DNA of 20,000 bases from the sequence record DRR723986_7964. The stretch is one strand, 5' to 3'. The position numbers and the translations under genes were made by a program. Of this stretch, positions 17,287-20,000 are shown in pieces (position 1 is the stretch's first letter; each line of letters opens with the position of its first letter). Under the pieces are notes generated by a model that did not search any database, had not been told where the DNA came from, and worked only from the letters and a program-made list of their open reading frames with translations.

Positions 17287-19584
17287 TTAATTAATTAATA
17301 AAATTTTAGCTACGTTTTTACCTTTAGCTCCAGCCACTGCACTCCAAACTAAATAAACACCTGATTGAGCTCTTTCTCCGCTCAATGTTAATCCATCCCA
17401 AACTACAGTTCCGCCATTTGATTGCGTTTTGTATACTATGTTTCCGGATATATCCGTGACCTTGACATCAGATTCATAACCTAAGCCTTGAATTGTAATT
17501 GGTCCAGAATATTCCGGTCTTACCGGATTCGGGAAAACTTTCACATTACTAAATTCAGGGTCGCCTAAGGTAGCATCTGTTCGAACAGAAACAAGTCCTG
17601 CTTCAGTGGCGACATAAACTTCACCAGAGAGCAAATCAGTTCTGATATCAAATACGTTGTTAGAAATAAGAGGGCTGTTTTCTTTAGAATATCTAAAAAT
17701 TTCTTCCGTACCGTCAGGAGACAAACAAAATATCCCAGAACTACTTGTCCCAATCCATTTTCTGTTTCCACCATCTACAGTAATTGCGGTGATATCGGAC
17801 TCACCCAATAGTTCTTCTACTTCTCCATCAACTTCAATTAGAATTGAGCTTGCATCATAATCACCAAACCCACCGTCAAATATATTCGCAGTATTATAAA
17901 GTACCACCATTCCCGTTTCAGTTCCAATCCATATTTCACCGTCTATGTCTTCTGCTAAGGATTTAACAAATACAGAAGGAAGATTGCCGTAACCTTCAGA
18001 TGCAGATAATGTTCTCAATTGATCGTCAGAAGGATCATCAAAAGTTCCACCTTCGTTAAATGCGACTAATCCTACTTGATTTACGGTAACCCATTTGTTA
18101 TTATTCTGGTCAATGAGTAATCTGTATGTGTATTGGTTTTTTGCAGATGCACCAAGAGAAAAAGAATGCCATACACCTTCTGGAGTTAACATTTTTAACG
18201 GTTCAACACCAGGGTTTAGAATCCACAAATTGCCGTCACTATCATATTTCATATCACCTATTGCGATTTTACCTCCGGTTAGTTCTAGTGCTGAGTTTGT
18301 ATTATTATACACCTCTGTTACGTTTTCACCATCCTTTACAATCATTAGCCCCCCAGCCGAATTACTACCAAATGCCAGTTCATCTGTGTTATTAGGGTTA
18401 ACTACCACCGATACAAAATCCCAATTTGTCGCATTGTTGATACTGTCTTGAGTTTCATAGTTGAAGTTTGTCCAGGTTTCATCTTTGAACCGATAAACGC
18501 CATTTCTGAAAAAGTTATTCTGCAAGTTATGGGTAAGTCCACCACCTGCAACTAATACGGTTCCGTATTGAATATCAATCCTATAACTGCCGTCAGCATA
18601 AGGACTATTCGAGTAAAACGAGCGTGTATCCCAGGACGTAGTTCCTGATACGAGTCCACTACGATCATCTGAAAACCAGTATTTGTCATCTTTTTTAATA
18701 GCCCCAGAAACGGATGGTACTTCACCGTTCACAGAATGAATTGTGCTCATTAAGGATAGATTATTATCCAAAATTTCCAAGGCTCCTAGGGTAGAAATGA
18801 GTAATTCATTATCATCTACATAAATGTCATTTATTTCTTTTGGATTATCGGAATAAGTATAGAACTGTCCGTTTTCTATGTAGTAGAGGGAATCGCTTTT
18901 ATATAATATATCATCATAGAGGTAAACAATTTTATTACCAAAGGTCTCTATCTGTTTGATGCTTTGATTTTCTAAATTAGAAGGCAAAGAGGAGAAATGT
19001 TTCCATTGAGTTTTGTCATTTAAAAATGATTGGTTTTTACCGGCATAATAGATGCCATCATTTGTAGCACAGTAAATGGTGTCTTCAAAAATGGTGATGT
19101 CAAAAATAACCGGATTGTCGAAGGGATAGTAAGTATCTTTTATTTCTTTCTTTTGATTATCGATAATTACGAGACCTATATTCGTTGCACAATAGATAAA
19201 ATCTTCATCAAAATAAAATGAATTTACAGCTTTGTCGCCTGCGATTTGTGCAGTTTTAATCCACGGGATATTGGTAATTGTATTGCCTTCTATTATGTCA
19301 ACATTGCCATTTGCATAGCCTACAGCAACAACATTGTCACCATTTCCTTGAATCACAGAAACACCTAAATCAGAAAGTCCATTTGTAGAAGTCAAAACCT
19401 CTACAGTATTATCTTCTAAGTCGAATTCAACCAGACCATTCTCGCATGCCATAAAGATTTCATTTGATGATTCTGCAATACCTACCGTATTGTATGAAGA
19501 AAAATGAATTCTCCAATCATAGGTAGCCAATTGAGCGATACCAAAATTGGACGCAAGAATTAATAAAAGGGTGACGATCTTCAT
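17287..19584 (-). CDS. porZ: PorZ-like T9SS component (beta-propeller repeats + type A CTD)
   Basis: WRIHFSSY N-terminus, NGLSD, VGYANGNVDI, repeated D..GN.W propeller blades, ITVDGGNRKWIGTSSSG, ENSPLISNNV, and CTD VKVFPNPVRPEY...WDG...SGVYLV. Adjacent to recO, as is usual in Bacteroidota. Confidence 0.85.
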   Translation of the reverse strand: MKIVTLLLILASNFGIAQLATYDWRIHFSSYNTVGIAESSNEIFMACENGLVEFDLEDNTVEVLTSTNGLSDLGVSVIQGNGDNVVAVGYANGNVDIIEGNTITNIPWIKTAQIAGDKAVNSFYFDEDFIYCATNIGLVIIDNQKKEIKDTYYPFDNPVIFDITIFEDTIYCATNDGIYYAGKNQSFLNDKTQWKHFSSLPSNLENQSIKQIETFGNKIVYLYDDILYKSDSLYYIENGQFYTYSDNPKEINDIYVDDNELLISTLGALEILDNNLSLMSTIHSVNGEVPSVSGAIKKDDKYWFSDDRSGLVSGTTSWDTRSFYSNSPYADGSYRIDIQYGTVLVAGGGLTHNLQNNFFRNGVYRFKDETWTNFNYETQDSINNATNWDFVSVVVNPNNTDELAFGSNSAGGLMIVKDGENVTEVYNNTNSALELTGGKIAIGDMKYDSDGNLWILNPGVEPLKMLTPEGVWHSFSLGASAKNQYTYRLLIDQNNNKWVTVNQVGLVAFNEGGTFDDPSDDQLRTLSASEGYGNLPSVFVKSLAEDIDGEIWIGTETGMVVLYNTANIFDGGFGDYDASSILIEVDGEVEELLGESDITAITVDGGNRKWIGTSSSGIFCLSPDGTEEIFRYSKENSPLISNNVFDIRTDLLSGEVYVATEAGLVSVRTDATLGDPEFSNVKVFPNPVRPEYSGPITIQGLGYESDVKVTDISGNIVYKTQSNGGTVVWDGLTLSGERAQSGVYLVWSAVAGAKGKNVAKILLIN

Positions 19585-19589
19585 TGACT

Positions 19590-19605
19590 CAAATTTACAA
19601 ACTTA
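19590..19605 (-). promoter_or_regulatory. Two back-to-back -7 elements (TAAGTTTG, TAAATTTG) upstream of porZ
   Basis: The minus strand reads TAAGTTTG-TAAATTTG-AGTCA-ATG. Both octamers match TAnnTTTG. Confidence 0.6.
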
Positions 19606-19635
19606 TAACTTGACATTCTTAAAAATATTGCCCAC

Positions 19636-19668
19636 AAAAAAAGCCTTCTCGGTGAAAAGAAGGCTTTT
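19636..19668 (-). terminator. Intrinsic terminator after the T9SS cargo gene
   Basis: AAAAGCCTTCT (19639-19649) / AGAAGGCTTTT (19658-19668) inverted repeat. The A7 run at 19636-19642 gives the U-tract on the minus strand. Confidence 0.82.
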
Positions 19669-19684
19669 GTATGTGTTTTTTATC

Positions 19685-19999
19685 TTATTGTTTGATGATC
19701 TTCTGATTCGAACTTCCCAAATCTGAGTTTATTTGAATAATGTAAGATCCAGATTCTAATGGAGATAAATCAAGTTTTAATTTACCTGAAACATCAAAGA
19801 AACTGAGTATTGAACGACCTCTAAGGTCAAGAACTTCAACATTATACCAACTTACATTTATCGGGTTGATAAATACGTTGCCATTAGTAGGGTTTGGAAA
19901 AATATCAACTAAAACTGTAGATTCTTCAATTCCAGAGTCATCATCTCCATCAAAGAACGCACTTCCACTACCATTTTTATTTGATCTTGAAGAATTATA
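19685..19999 (-). CDS. 3' end of a T9SS type A sorting-domain (CTD) protein; starts beyond the window
   Basis: Manual translation gives ...GIEESTVLVDIFPNPTNGNVFI...VEVLDLRGR...LDLSPLESGSYIIQI...QKIIKQ*. Not in the ORF track. Confidence 0.88.
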   Translation of the reverse strand, partial: YNSSRSNKNGSGSAFFDGDDDSGIEESTVLVDIFPNPTNGNVFINPINVSWYNVEVLDLRGRSILSFFDVSGKLKLDLSPLESGSYIIQINSDLGSSNQKIIKQ

Positions 20000-20000
20000 A

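Noticed and set aside
5579..19221. Small ORF-track entries (5579, 6104, 8833, 12986, 13494, 15308, 16059, 17565, 17657, 18095, 18126, 19030)
   Set aside because: All lie within or almost entirely within long, well-supported genes, antisense or out of frame, and have no recognisable motifs.

Overview
AT-rich chromosomal window from a Bacteroidota bacterium, probably Flavobacteriales. The assignment rests on T9SS C-terminal domains, porZ-recO linkage and TAnnTTTG promoters. From left to right it holds rlmN (partial, missed by the ORF track), a DUF2459/TIGR02117-like protein, two tandem paralogues made of a carboxypeptidase-regulatory-like domain plus a TonB-receptor plug with no beta-barrel, and a convergent TonB-dependent receptor. 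It continues with an HU-CCDC81/SPOR protein, a secreted C1 cysteine aminopeptidase, an orphan PBP-HisKA_2 sensor kinase, a TylF-like methyltransferase and a T9SS-secreted M43 metalloprotease. It ends with a porZ-recO-TBDR operon and the 3' end of another T9SS cargo gene. I saw no mobile elements, CRISPR arrays, tRNA or rRNA. The best candidate for an undescribed system is the pair of barrel-less plug proteins, which share an ETKSYFDLYY tail conserved through synonymous-only changes. They lie tail-to-tail with a TBDR whose upstream region carries a triple direct repeat with a 20-bp period. All family assignments come from motif recognition, not database searches.
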